NCBI GenBank assembly: GCA_017432545.1
Contig: JAFRJA010000045.1
Span: 3,198 to 67,197, forward strand
DNA length: 64,000 nucleotides
Reading direction: 5' to 3'
Source: Erysipelotrichaceae bacterium
GTDB lineage: Bacteria; Bacillota_I; Bacilli_A; Erysipelotrichales; Erysipelotrichaceae
Shown: piece after piece, positions 16,821-25,846 of the stretch
Layout: each line of letters begins with the position of its first letter
Numbering within the stretch: position 1 is the stretch's first letter
Notes under the pieces: model-generated
Seen by the model: the letters and a program-made list of their open reading frames with translations, nothing else
What the model was told of the DNA's origin: nothing
The model's database searches: none
Made by a program: the position numbers and the translations under genes

Positions 16821-18095
16821 ATGGAAAACAAGAAAATTGCTGATTTCATCTGTCAATGTCGGAATGAAAACGGAATGACACAGTCCGACCTGGCTGAAAA
16901 AATCGGTGTCTCTATTCAAAGTATCTCCAAATGGGAGACCGGGAAAGCAGTTCCTTCTTTTAAGCATCTTAATGAGTTATGTTCTGTTTTTGATGTGACG
17001 GTGACAGAACTGCTGAATGGCGAAAAAATCGAAAATCAGAATACGAAGATTGACAAGGCAGAGGAAACGATCCGAATCTTAGGAAAAGAGAACGAGAACA
17101 TCATTTCCGGAAAGAATAAGCTTCTGAAAGCCAGTATTATTCTGATCGCGTTACTGTCGATTCTTTCGACAGTCCTTTACAGTAAAACAAGGCAGAACGA
17201 TTATGAGATCGATATTTTATCGGTAAGTCCCAATGGTATCGGGAAGAGTATCAACGGTCCGTATGTCGATGGGGAAACCTATATCGATAACGAAGATATC
17301 TTCATCCCGTCGGAATTTCCAAGCGAAGTTGATTTTCTGCTTGAAGAGTTCAAAGAGAAACTGCAAGAAGAATATCAGCTGGAGTGGATCGAAAAAGCTG
17401 TTGTGCCGGCAAAGACGCGGAACTTTCATATAATGGAGGACGTCTATGGGACACTGGTCTTCTCTCCCTGGGGTTATGAGATACGCTTTGAAGTCAGCGA
17501 TAAGAAACGTAAAGTCTCAAAAACATATACGGCTTTTCTTCCTAGGTTAAATAGTCTTGGCAATGGCGATGGATCGTTTTACATCGATATGCCTGAGACC
17601 GGTCAGTATCCTAGAGTTTTGGATGAGAAGGAAGTTTCCGAATTCCTTGATCAGTATGAAGGAAATTATCACTGGCAATCCGAAGATCATGATCCATTGA
17701 ACGGAAACTGTGCAGAGATCATGATCGAGATCCGTAAGATGAATGATAAAGTCAATTACAACATCTATCAATGGACCGGCTGTCTTACAGATAGTGTTGC
17801 ATACCGCATCAAAAACATCATTAAAATCGACAGGAACACTTTTGAGCTCTATCTGTACCGCATCCATAATCTTGGTTACTCTGCACCTTCCGATATTACA
17901 ATGTTTCCAACAGGTGTATATATCATAAGGGTCGATGATAGTAATGATCAGTGTTTCGATCTTCAGTTTCAGGGAGTAAACCTATCAACGATCGATTCTT
18001 TTGACGGAAGAGTAGAAAATGGAAAGCTCTTTAGAGAATTCATCAATCTGTATAAAAAGGAAGGTGAATGGTATCGGTTTGAGAAGGAAAATTAA
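16821..18095 (+). CDS. membrane-tethered XRE-family HTH protein with large extracytoplasmic domain of unknown function
   Basis: MTQSDLAEKIGVSIQSISKWETGK HTH, followed by one TM helix (ASIILIALLSILSTVLY) and an unknown domain of about 290 aa. Confidence 0.7.
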   Translation: MENKKIADFICQCRNENGMTQSDLAEKIGVSIQSISKWETGKAVPSFKHLNELCSVFDVTVTELLNGEKIENQNTKIDKAEETIRILGKENENIISGKNKLLKASIILIALLSILSTVLYSKTRQNDYEIDILSVSPNGIGKSINGPYVDGETYIDNEDIFIPSEFPSEVDFLLEEFKEKLQEEYQLEWIEKAVVPAKTRNFHIMEDVYGTLVFSPWGYEIRFEVSDKKRKVSKTYTAFLPRLNSLGNGDGSFYIDMPETGQYPRVLDEKEVSEFLDQYEGNYHWQSEDHDPLNGNCAEIMIEIRKMNDKVNYNIYQWTGCLTDSVAYRIKNIIKIDRNTFELYLYRIHNLGYSAPSDITMFPTGVYIIRVDDSNDQCFDLQFQGVNLSTIDSFDGRVENGKLFREFINLYKKEGEWYRFEKEN

Positions 18096-18236
18096 ATCAT
18101 ATTTGAAGTAATTAAACCGGAGAACTTTCATAATGAATAATACAAATACAGTTTTTCTTACAGCCATGATGTCACGCAATGTGAACAAATGGTACAAAGA
18201 AAAGATGGTATTATTTAATCAGAAGGGCAGGTACAA

Positions 18237-18425
18237 ATGAATTCCATACAGACATTCGTAATCGTTTCTTTGATCGGGATCCTGATTTCGTTGAATTTCC
18301 AGTTCCTTGGGCAAGGATCCTATTCATACATAGTCGATATGCATACCATCTCAATTATCATATCGATCGCTCTATCAACAGCGATCGTTGTCCACACGAT
18401 CAGGCAAAACGGAGATAAACAATGA
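18237..18425 (+). CDS. small two-TM membrane protein
   Basis: ORF with two hydrophobic segments and a moderate RBS. Confidence 0.4.
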   Translation: MNSIQTFVIVSLIGILISLNFQFLGQGSYSYIVDMHTISIIISIALSTAIVVHTIRQNGDKQ

Positions 18426-18720
18426 TTACAAAAGAAAACTTAAGAGATTTCTGGTTATTCTAGTTGTATTTTGTCTTGTGCTGTTCGCCCTGATGCTGTT
18501 TCTGAAAAACAGAACCATAAAAATGAGTAGTTGATTTGTTCATGATTGGAACAAGGGAGAAACATTGCTATAACAAACATGAAAAAGAGATGAAAACGGT
18601 ATAAAAACCGTGATATTTAAAAACAGGATATTAGAAGAACAACAAAAATAAATATAAGAAGATTTAGCTACACTGGTGAATTGAATAATGGCATCTGTAC
18701 AGCCATAAGGATTACATTTT

Positions 18721-19137
18721 ATGAAAAAGAAAGAAAAAATCATTGCGATAGTACTTGTAATATTTCTGTTTCTGTTCTGGTATTTTACAAACAGCAGGAC
18801 AAAAGATGCCAAAACAATCAATACAGATTCTGAAGTCTATTCTGATTTTGAAATAAACAATGCGATCTTTTCTGCAAAGCTTTATTTTGCCTTGAACTTT
18901 AAAAACTGCAGGCTCATAGATATCGGATATGCCGGGGATGAAAGCGTTGTAGCGGCACAAGAGTGGGCTAAGGATTTTCATGCAGGGAAAGTCATAATCC
19001 TTACATCTTCATTTGAAACAGATGATAAGAGAGGAGATGGATCCTTAATGCCTGATAAAGTCTATGAAGGCTGGCAATGGATTATGGTCAAGAGGTTTGG
19101 TTTTCTGTGGCTGCATAAAACACATGGGTATGGATAA
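18721..19137 (+). CDS. hypothetical N-terminally anchored protein (138 aa)
   Basis: N-terminal TM IIAIVLVIFLFLFWYF. No motif recognised. Confidence 0.45.
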   Translation: MKKKEKIIAIVLVIFLFLFWYFTNSRTKDAKTINTDSEVYSDFEINNAIFSAKLYFALNFKNCRLIDIGYAGDESVVAAQEWAKDFHAGKVIILTSSFETDDKRGDGSLMPDKVYEGWQWIMVKRFGFLWLHKTHGYG

Positions 19138-19167
19138 AATAAATGTTGAAAAGGAGACTTAACAATC

Positions 19168-19731
19168 ATGTATGACTCAATAAAATACGACACCTATCTT
19201 AAAGCTTCCATAGAAAAGCTGGAAGTATTCAAACGATCCTTAAAAGATGATGATATACGTATAAGCATAATAGATAAGGAACTGTATAAAGGCTATTATG
19301 ATGTCTTTGTCAAACCTGAGCACAGGATCCTGACTTCTTTTCTGGCTGCTGATTATAAGCTGATCGATAGCGGCACTGTCTTTTATCATAAACAGGTTCC
19401 GGCCCTGCCGCTTGATAATGAGACTGATATCGATAAAGCGAATTTCATCGCCTTCAAAACAGAACTGCCGCAGCCTCTTAACGAACTAGACAGCGCTTAT
19501 CTGTCATCTTTGGAAAACAAGTTCAATGAGGATCCATATGTTTTGAATAAGATGCTGGATTCATACAACGAGATGTATCAGGGACGCATCGTCTTTTATA
19601 AATTCTATGAATGTATTCCGTATGAAAACATCATTCAGATGATCGATCATTTCTGTAACTGTATCTATGATCCGTCCAATGATAACTACGATCATCTTAC
19701 CGGAACTAACGAGATCAAAAATCATTCGTAA
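19168..19731 (+). CDS. hypothetical protein (187 aa)
   Basis: AAAGGAG RBS. No motif recognised. Confidence 0.5.
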   Translation: MYDSIKYDTYLKASIEKLEVFKRSLKDDDIRISIIDKELYKGYYDVFVKPEHRILTSFLAADYKLIDSGTVFYHKQVPALPLDNETDIDKANFIAFKTELPQPLNELDSAYLSSLENKFNEDPYVLNKMLDSYNEMYQGRIVFYKFYECIPYENIIQMIDHFCNCIYDPSNDNYDHLTGTNEIKNHS

Positions 19732-19851
19732 TCAATCACTGATAAAACATGATATGAAACCATCTTGACAAAGAAGCAATTTAAAAATGATAACTGATCT
19801 AAAAAGAAAGAAAGTGTTATTTATCGTCTTATTGTTAATCGTAATACTGTT

Positions 19852-20268
19852 TTGTATCGCGTTTTTCTATACAAACCCACAAGCCACTTCAATGATCCTT
19901 TGAATAAATATCAGGAAGCTTATGGATATTCAATAACAGACGTTGATTTTTTCTATGTCGATAGGCTCTACATTTCCCATTTTCAAGATCCGGAAGAGGA
20001 ATACATCGTCACTGTTAAAGGCAACACTGAAGGCACGTTGTTTGATTTGAATGACTACCATGACGGGATCGAAGAAGAATCAACGAATCTGATCAATCTG
20101 ATTCACAACAGCATCATTTCCCAAGACAAAGAACCTTTGTTTGAGATCGGCGAAGTTATATCTTATCAATCAAGAATGATCATCAACAAAACAAATCATT
20201 TGGATAAAATGATATTGATCTTCAACGAAGAAAGCGAAGAATACTATATCGTTGTGGTGCATATATAG
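19852..20268 (+). CDS. hypothetical protein; possibly the frameshifted 3' part of a gene starting at 19786
   Basis: The TTG start is doubtful. An ATG ORF at 19786 encodes a TM segment (MITDLKRKKVLFIVLLLIVILFCIAFFY) in the -1 frame and overlaps at a T5 tract. Confidence 0.4.
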   Translation: MYRVFLYKPTSHFNDPLNKYQEAYGYSITDVDFFYVDRLYISHFQDPEEEYIVTVKGNTEGTLFDLNDYHDGIEEESTNLINLIHNSIISQDKEPLFEIGEVISYQSRMIINKTNHLDKMILIFNEESEEYYIVVVHI

Positions 20269-20459
20269 ATATCCTTCGACATTTTATGAAAACCGTTGCT
20301 CTATCGTTCAAAATGATTATTAAAATTTCAAAGTGTTCGAATAATGTAAAATGCAATATAAGAAATTGATATAAATTATTTCTTTTTCCAATATAAATAT
20401 AATTTATTATCGGTCAGCAGAAAGATATAGTATAAAGAATTTCTATATTTGAAAATAAT

Positions 20460-20880
20460 GGCTCTCTTAAATAAAACGTGGGATAGCGTGGGTTGATCCC
20501 GAAAAACACAGTAATCTGTTAAATGAAACGTGGGTAATAATCCCGGACACTTGTCCGGAATTATTTATATGTGATGATGATCAGTGCTCTTTTGCGGAAC
20601 CTGTCGAAACTGCGGTAGCCATAGGCAGCCTTGATGATCGTCTTGAGATGATTGTTGTCGTTTTCGGCAGTCGAATTGGTGTATCTTCTTCCCGCCTGGT
20701 TCCTGGCTGTTCCGTTTGCGATCTGCGCCGCCCATTTGCTGTAGGTGGCACCGACAGATGAGAGTATCTCGTTTCCGGAATCCTTCAGTCTTTTTGCCAT
20801 ATACAGGATGAATTCAAAAGCTTCCGTAAATGTCTCTTTCTCGTGATAATGAAACAGATCCTGTAAAGCGTTATAGGCTC
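20460..20880 (-). mobile_element. ISL3-family insertion sequence remnant (end plus 3' part of transposase)
   Basis: Terminal GGCTCTCTTAAATAAAACGTGGG with subterminal AAACGTGGG repeats. The adjacent ORF is a transposase C-terminus. Confidence 0.6.
20561..20880 (-). pseudogene. truncated ISL3-like transposase (C-terminal fragment)
   Basis: ...YTNSTAENDNNHLKTIIKAAYGYRSFDRFRKRAL matches the conserved ISL3 transposase C-terminus (xNGxxExxNNxIKxIKRxAYGYRxFxxFRxR). The N-terminal approximately 300 aa are missing. Confidence 0.6.
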
Positions 20881-21119
20881 TTCATCCTTCAAATATAAAA
20901 AACTCTTTTGGTCTTAGAAAACAGAGAAAAAGAAGATATGAAAGAGGTTCATAAAAGTGTAGATTGATGAACACTATTCAAAAAAGTATCGATGCTTTAA
21001 TGACCCGCTGGAGATTGTGATCGTATCTTCAGAGCCCTGTTTTGGCTGTAGAGCAAACAAACATCTCACCGGGTGTGGTTTATTGTGTTCGTTATTCTAT
21101 AATGGTATTGAAGGGGCTT

Positions 21120-21779
21120 ATGATGTATAAGGAATTCAATAAAAAGAATATCATCATCGTTTCAGGGATCTTTCTTTTTGTTGTGCTTGCGCTGATCCTT
21201 TTCATTTCGGGAAGCAGAATACCGGGCAGATCCCGCCATAAGAACGAAGAATATTTTGCAGATATCGATCACGTGATCGGAGTGGCAATGATCACGAGCG
21301 AGGATTTAGATAGCGAATTGCGGTCATACATAAGCGATGGGATTTGTGAGTACCGGACAGATAGAGTCAATTCCATAGCGACACTTGCGCAGTATCTAGA
21401 AGAAAACGATAACGTCTTCGCCATCATTGCTGATGGAACGCCATATAATCCGAACATGTATGTCCTGTGTAACGGCTGGGGTCAGATGGAAGATCCGAAA
21501 GGTGATTTTGTCTCCGATGATATTGTATGCACAAGAATAAAAAACAATGACGGGACAGACAAGAAGATCGAGATCTCTACCGATAAACACGGATACCTGT
21601 GGCTGATCTATACAAAGAAAGAGGGCGGTGGTTCCTACTTTCTGAAAGACACGGGTTTCTTCTTTGATGGGGCAAAGGAATTTGAATTGAAAGATACATA
21701 TCCGGCAAAAACAAAGTTTCAGAAAACATACTCGCATCATATCGAAGTCCGGATATCAGGAACATCAGACAAGAATTAA
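21120..21779 (+). CDS. hypothetical N-terminally anchored protein (about 220 aa)
   Basis: Start MMYKEFNKK after a GAAGGGG RBS. TM IIIVSGIFLFVVLALILFI. Confidence 0.5.
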   Translation: MMYKEFNKKNIIIVSGIFLFVVLALILFISGSRIPGRSRHKNEEYFADIDHVIGVAMITSEDLDSELRSYISDGICEYRTDRVNSIATLAQYLEENDNVFAIIADGTPYNPNMYVLCNGWGQMEDPKGDFVSDDIVCTRIKNNDGTDKKIEISTDKHGYLWLIYTKKEGGGSYFLKDTGFFFDGAKEFELKDTYPAKTKFQKTYSHHIEVRISGTSDKN

Positions 21780-21802
21780 ATGTCATCCGTAGCCCAAAAC
21801 AG

Positions 21803-21861
21803 GTTAACAAAGTGTAAATAAGCGAACATAATTCATTCAAACAAAGACTTCTGTTATATAA
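21803..21861 (+). repeat. intergenic repeat unit (IRU), variant copy truncated by the IS-derived insertion
   Basis: AAAGTGTAAATAAGCGAACATAATTCATTCAAACAAAGACTTCTGTT matches 37452-37497. It is interrupted at 21862. Confidence 0.55.
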
Positions 21862-22249
21862 GGCTCTCTTAAATTAAACGTGGGAAACGTGGTTTAAGAT
21901 CCAGAACACTTTAATCTATTAAATGAAACGTGGTTAGTAAATCCCAGGTGTTATGCCTGGGATTTACTTATAGGTAATGATCATAAGTGCACGCTTGCGG
22001 AACCTTTCAAAGTTATGATAACCATAGGCTGCCCATTTCATATAGGTGGAGCCAACAGAAGAAAGGATCTCGTTTCCTGAATCCCTTAAGCGCTTTGCCA
22101 TATACAGTATGAATTCAAAGGCTTCTAATGTTCTTTTATACTGGCAACAAAGGATTATGAGAAACTCTTTTTTCTTTGGAGAAATTCTATAATCTGTTAA
22201 ATGAAACGTGGGCAGCGATAAAACTGACCACGTTTAATTTAAGAGAGCC
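21862..22249 (-). mobile_element. MITE-like internally deleted ISL3 derivative (388 bp)
   Basis: Inverted termini GGCTCTCTTAAATTAAACGTGG at 21862-21883 and 22228-22249 (reverse complement). Internal remnant ...KWAA|YGYHNFERFRKRALMIITYK shows an in-frame deletion relative to 20561-20800. Confidence 0.65.
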
Positions 22250-22281
22250 AAAATAATAAATGTGGACACTGTCCACATTTA

Positions 22282-23109
22282 TTATTTCGCAATATTTTGA
22301 AGGAAAAGATCACCAACACCGATTATTCTTTCGCCCATCAACGCTTTTGCTTCACCATCATAACTATTCTTATATCGATAAAACAGGGAGATGTTGTATT
22401 TATCCATATCCTTGATTGTGTATTTGCATAATTCATCATACAAAAGCTTGCTTGTCGTTGAAAAAACAAAATTCTTAACGGATTTTGTAATTGATGATTT
22501 ATTATCACTGTTTGATATTGTAACTTGAGAAAGAGGATTTCCTATTCTTCTTTCAACAACAAAAGACTGATCTGATAACAATGCCATCATTATGGTCAAA
22601 AAATCACCTAGAATTTTATTATCATATAAACCGGATTTTGAACTGATATGTCTTACCGGCAAATGGAATTCAATTACTGTTTCTTCTTTGACTTTATTTT
22701 CGTGCAAGACAACATAGGTGATGCCGAGATTTCCAAAATCCATTATGCCGATATTTCTTGAATGATATGAACGATATCGTGCAATTTTGTTTTGAGCGGT
22801 TATGTATGCAACTCGATCAATTATTAGAGACTGAACCTCTTTATCAAACAATTCCTTATCTTTTGCGACCTCAATTTTCTCTTCAACTTTTCTTATATAA
22901 GCTTCATCGGGATGAAAATCAAAATCATGAAGAGTTTTAGGATTGATATCAAGCATTGCACATAAACGCGCAGCAAGCAGGGCGGATGGATTATCCATTT
23001 CGCCATTGATGATCTTGTATATTGTCGTGTGAGATACGCCATATTCTTCGGCCAAATCGTATGGAGATTTGTTTTTTGATTTTTCTTTGAGAATATCTGA
23101 GAAGTTCAT
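22282..23109 (-). CDS. XRE-family HTH regulator with uncharacterised C-terminal domain (element B)
   Basis: Start MNFSDILKEK.... HTH YDLAEEYGVSHTTIYKIINGE. The upstream extension in the ORF track is AT-rich operator DNA, not coding. Confidence 0.7.
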   Translation of the reverse strand: MNFSDILKEKSKNKSPYDLAEEYGVSHTTIYKIINGEMDNPSALLAARLCAMLDINPKTLHDFDFHPDEAYIRKVEEKIEVAKDKELFDKEVQSLIIDRVAYITAQNKIARYRSYHSRNIGIMDFGNLGITYVVLHENKVKEETVIEFHLPVRHISSKSGLYDNKILGDFLTIMMALLSDQSFVVERRIGNPLSQVTISNSDNKSSITKSVKNFVFSTTSKLLYDELCKYTIKDMDKYNISLFYRYKNSYDGEAKALMGERIIGVGDLFLQNIAK

Positions 23110-23132
23110 ACCTATATGATAGCATAATAAAT

Positions 23133-23210
23133 AAATATTTACAAAAATATTGATAAAAGTACCACAAAAGATGTAATATGTTATTAGATAAATATTTATA
23201 AAAATATTTA
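23133..23210. promoter_or_regulatory. paired AT-rich palindromic operator candidates between XRE and xis genes
   Basis: AAATATTTACAAAAATATT at 23133-23151 and AAATATTTATAAAAATATTTA at 23190-23210. Confidence 0.4.
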
Positions 23211-23312
23211 TAACGGTCTTTGACAAATAGCCCGAATCAGGGCTCATATGCCTAGGCACAACAAATTAGCAAGAACTATATAATAGTAAGCTTTGCGGAA
23301 AGGAAAAAGAAA

Positions 23313-23582
23313 ATGAACAGAATAACGTGGAAAGAAAAAGCCGACATGGTGATCATGTATCCCCAAATCAGTCTGAAACAGATTCAGAAACTGTTGGGAG
23401 TAGGACAACCTTCTGCCATTCAGATCAGGGATCAGGCACTGAAGCTTGCGAAAAAGAACGGAAGATGGGTAGGGGATAAAAAGGTTCCGACTGATCTTTT
23501 ACTTGAAGCCGTCGGTCTTGACTATGACTATTTCAAGAAAATGGCTAAGCAAGAGTATCTCTCCAGCAAAGAACAGTTCTAA
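23313..23582 (+). CDS. excisionase-like small DNA-binding protein (element B)
   Basis: Paralog of 9975-10253. GGAAAGGAAAAAG RBS. Confidence 0.6.
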   Translation: MNRITWKEKADMVIMYPQISLKQIQKLLGVGQPSAIQIRDQALKLAKKNGRWVGDKKVPTDLLLEAVGLDYDYFKKMAKQEYLSSKEQF

Positions 23583-23586
23583 GCTT

Positions 23587-24987
23587 ATGAGAAACGCCAA
23601 GATAGAAAGGCTGCTTCAGAAAGAGGAAAACGAACTGACTGACGAAGATCTCAAAACGATCAGGGATGAGCTGGACAAGTATAAGGTAAAGAGTATTCCT
23701 ATTTATCCTTATACAAGAGGAATTGAGATCTGTTTCAGAATCATATACGACAATCAGTCTTTTCCCGGATATGACGATTTCGATGATGCTTATGAAGATT
23801 ACAGGAGTCTGAAAAAAGGAAGGAAGACCGTTGAAGATATGAAGAATATCAGATCCAGGAAAAGGATCTCTGAGATCACGTTGGACGATGGTTTGGAAAG
23901 ACTTCTGGATAAGCATAAGAAACAGTATAAGAATGGAGAACTGAAATACAGCAGCTACAAGAAAAAGGAAAGCACGATCAGGTACCATATCCTGCCATTC
24001 TTCAACAAAAAGCCACTAGCCAAGATCAACAAGAGTGATATAGCTCATTTCGTGGATCATATCAAGTACGAGGAACAGTCTTACCGGCATAAAAAGGGTG
24101 AGGAGAAGAGATTATCCATCGCCATGCAGAAAGAGGTCCTGATCTTCTTCAAGATGCTTTACAAGGAAACGAAAAGATGGTTTAACATCGAAACCAATAT
24201 CGATATCGATTACGAAGTTGAGATGCCAAGCCTTGTAAAAGCCAGAAGACAGTACAGCAACAAAGTCTCAAAGGAGATTGAAGATATCTATGATGGTGAG
24301 CTGTATAAGGTCTTGGAAAGCCTGGTAAAGCTTGAGAGAGGTGTATATAATCCGATCTTTGGAATCACGTTCATTATCTATTTTACCGGCATGAGGATTG
24401 ATGAAGCCACCGCTCTTAAGGTCAAGGATTATGATCCGATCAACAGAACGCTGACGATAGAGAAGAGCATTTCCTGGCATCCAGATAAAGAAAAGACCAG
24501 CAATTCCTATGAGATCACAACAACCAAGACCGGAGCTGAAAGGACGATACTGATCGGAGAGACGATGTGTACGTATCTGGATCAGTATATTGAAAAGCTG
24601 CAGAAGCTTTCGTTCTATTCGGATGATATGTTCATCTTCTGTCGGCTTGAATACGCCAGGACAAAGGACAAGATACTGGATGCGTTCTCTCTTAAGACAT
24701 ATGGAAACCACATCAGACAGGCTTATGTCGATGCCGGTATCGTCAAAGGGGAAGAACCGATCCCGAAGAATCATCTGGCAAGACATGCCTTCAATACTTT
24801 GTTAAAGAACAATCACGTTGAAGAATACGATCGTAAGGAATATCTTGGCCATTCAAATGGCACCAGTGTTAATGAAGGATATACTCACAAATCAAAGAAG
24901 GAGGAAGAAAAAATCGTAAGAATTGCAGAGAAATCTTGCAGAAATCTTGCAGAAAACATCATGGGTATCAAAAAACGCCCTAAATAA
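23587..24987 (+). CDS. tyrosine recombinase/integrase of element B
   Basis: Start MRNAKIERLL aligns with the int A N-terminus. HLARHAFNTLL ... LGHS ... GYTH. The gene ends 16 nt before the tRNA. Confidence 0.85.
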   Translation: MRNAKIERLLQKEENELTDEDLKTIRDELDKYKVKSIPIYPYTRGIEICFRIIYDNQSFPGYDDFDDAYEDYRSLKKGRKTVEDMKNIRSRKRISEITLDDGLERLLDKHKKQYKNGELKYSSYKKKESTIRYHILPFFNKKPLAKINKSDIAHFVDHIKYEEQSYRHKKGEEKRLSIAMQKEVLIFFKMLYKETKRWFNIETNIDIDYEVEMPSLVKARRQYSNKVSKEIEDIYDGELYKVLESLVKLERGVYNPIFGITFIIYFTGMRIDEATALKVKDYDPINRTLTIEKSISWHPDKEKTSNSYEITTTKTGAERTILIGETMCTYLDQYIEKLQKLSFYSDDMFIFCRLEYARTKDKILDAFSLKTYGNHIRQAYVDAGIVKGEEPIPKNHLARHAFNTLLKNNHVEEYDRKEYLGHSNGTSVNEGYTHKSKKEEEKIVRIAEKSCRNLAENIMGIKKRPK

Positions 24988-25003
24988 GGCGTTTTACGAT
25001 CAA

Positions 25004-25079
25004 TGGCTGCGGATGAAGGATTCGAACCTTCGAAATGGTGGATTCAGAGTCCACTGCCTTACCGCTTGGCTAATCCGCA
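25004..25079 (-). tRNA. tRNA-Gln (anticodon CUG)
   Basis: The reverse complement folds as TGCGGAT-TA-GCCAAGCGGTAAGGC-A-GTGGA-CTCTGAA-TCCAC-CATTT-CGAAGGTTCGAATCCTTC-ATCCGCA-G-CCA. The D-arm is typical of bacterial tRNA-Gln. Confidence 0.9.
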
Positions 25080-25177
25080 AGGACAATACCTATTATATAA
25101 TATAAATATCTTTTTTGGTAAAGAAAATTGAAGAGAAAATTCAGTTTAAATTCACATATAGAGGGTATTATTGAGTT

Positions 25178-25846
25178 ATGGCAAGATTACTTATTGTAGA
25201 TGATGAAGAAAAGATCCGGGAAATGATCGGCAAATATGCGGTCCATGAAGGTCATGAAGTCGTTTTGGCCAGTGATGGCAAGGAAGCTTTGAAGCTTTTT
25301 GAAAAAGGCGATTTCGATCTGATCGTGCTGGATGTGATGATGCCGGAGATGGACGGCTATGAGACTTTGAAGCGTATCAAAGAGATCAGGGATGTCCCCT
25401 GTATCTTTCTGACGGCTTTGGGTCAGGAATACGACCGTATCTATGGTTTCGATATCGGAGCCGAGGATTATGTCACCAAGCCTTTCTCACCGAAAGAACT
25501 GATGATGCGGATCAAGGTCATCCTTAAAAGAGAAAACAAGGCGGTTTCCAGCCGTATCATCGTGGGTGGACTGGTCGTGGATGAAGATGCTCATACCGTA
25601 ACGATCGATGGGGAAAGAGTCGATATGGCCAACAAAGAATATGAGCTGCTGCTTTATCTGTTGAAGAATATCGGCAATGCTTTGACCAGACAGTCGATCA
25701 TCTCCAAGGTCTGGGGCTATGAATACGATTCCGATGATCGTACCCTTGATACGCATATGAAGCTGCTTAGAAAAGATCTAAAAGAATATGGCAATTATAT
25801 TACGACGATCAGAGGTGTAGGTTACCGTTTTGAAAAAGAAGTTTAG
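25178..25846 (+). CDS. OmpR/PhoB-family response regulator
   Basis: REC domain (LIVDDEE, DLIVLDVMMP, K at YVTKPF) plus a winged-helix C-terminus (RGVGYRF). Confidence 0.9.
   Translation: MARLLIVDDEEKIREMIGKYAVHEGHEVVLASDGKEALKLFEKGDFDLIVLDVMMPEMDGYETLKRIKEIRDVPCIFLTALGQEYDRIYGFDIGAEDYVTKPFSPKELMMRIKVILKRENKAVSSRIIVGGLVVDEDAHTVTIDGERVDMANKEYELLLYLLKNIGNALTRQSIISKVWGYEYDSDDRTLDTHMKLLRKDLKEYGNYITTIRGVGYRFEKEV

Larger units (their letters stand above)
11876..25003 (+). mobile_element. integrative element B (about 13.1 kb, plasmid-like replication/partition module, no relaxase)
   Basis: Bounded by the 17-bp direct repeats at 11859-11875 and 25004-25020. Identical 23-bp arm repeats lie near both ends. 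xis-int abuts the tRNA. Confidence 0.8.

Noticed and set aside
18421-18540. Short ATG ORF (MITKENLRDFWLF) and an adjacent TM-like frame lacking a start codon.
   Set aside because: It is too short and has no start in the hydrophobic frame. It is possibly a decayed small membrane gene, but this cannot be supported from the sequence alone.
24923-25105. 60-aa plus-strand ORF.
   Set aside because: It runs through the int B 3' end, its terminator and the whole tRNA-Gln gene.
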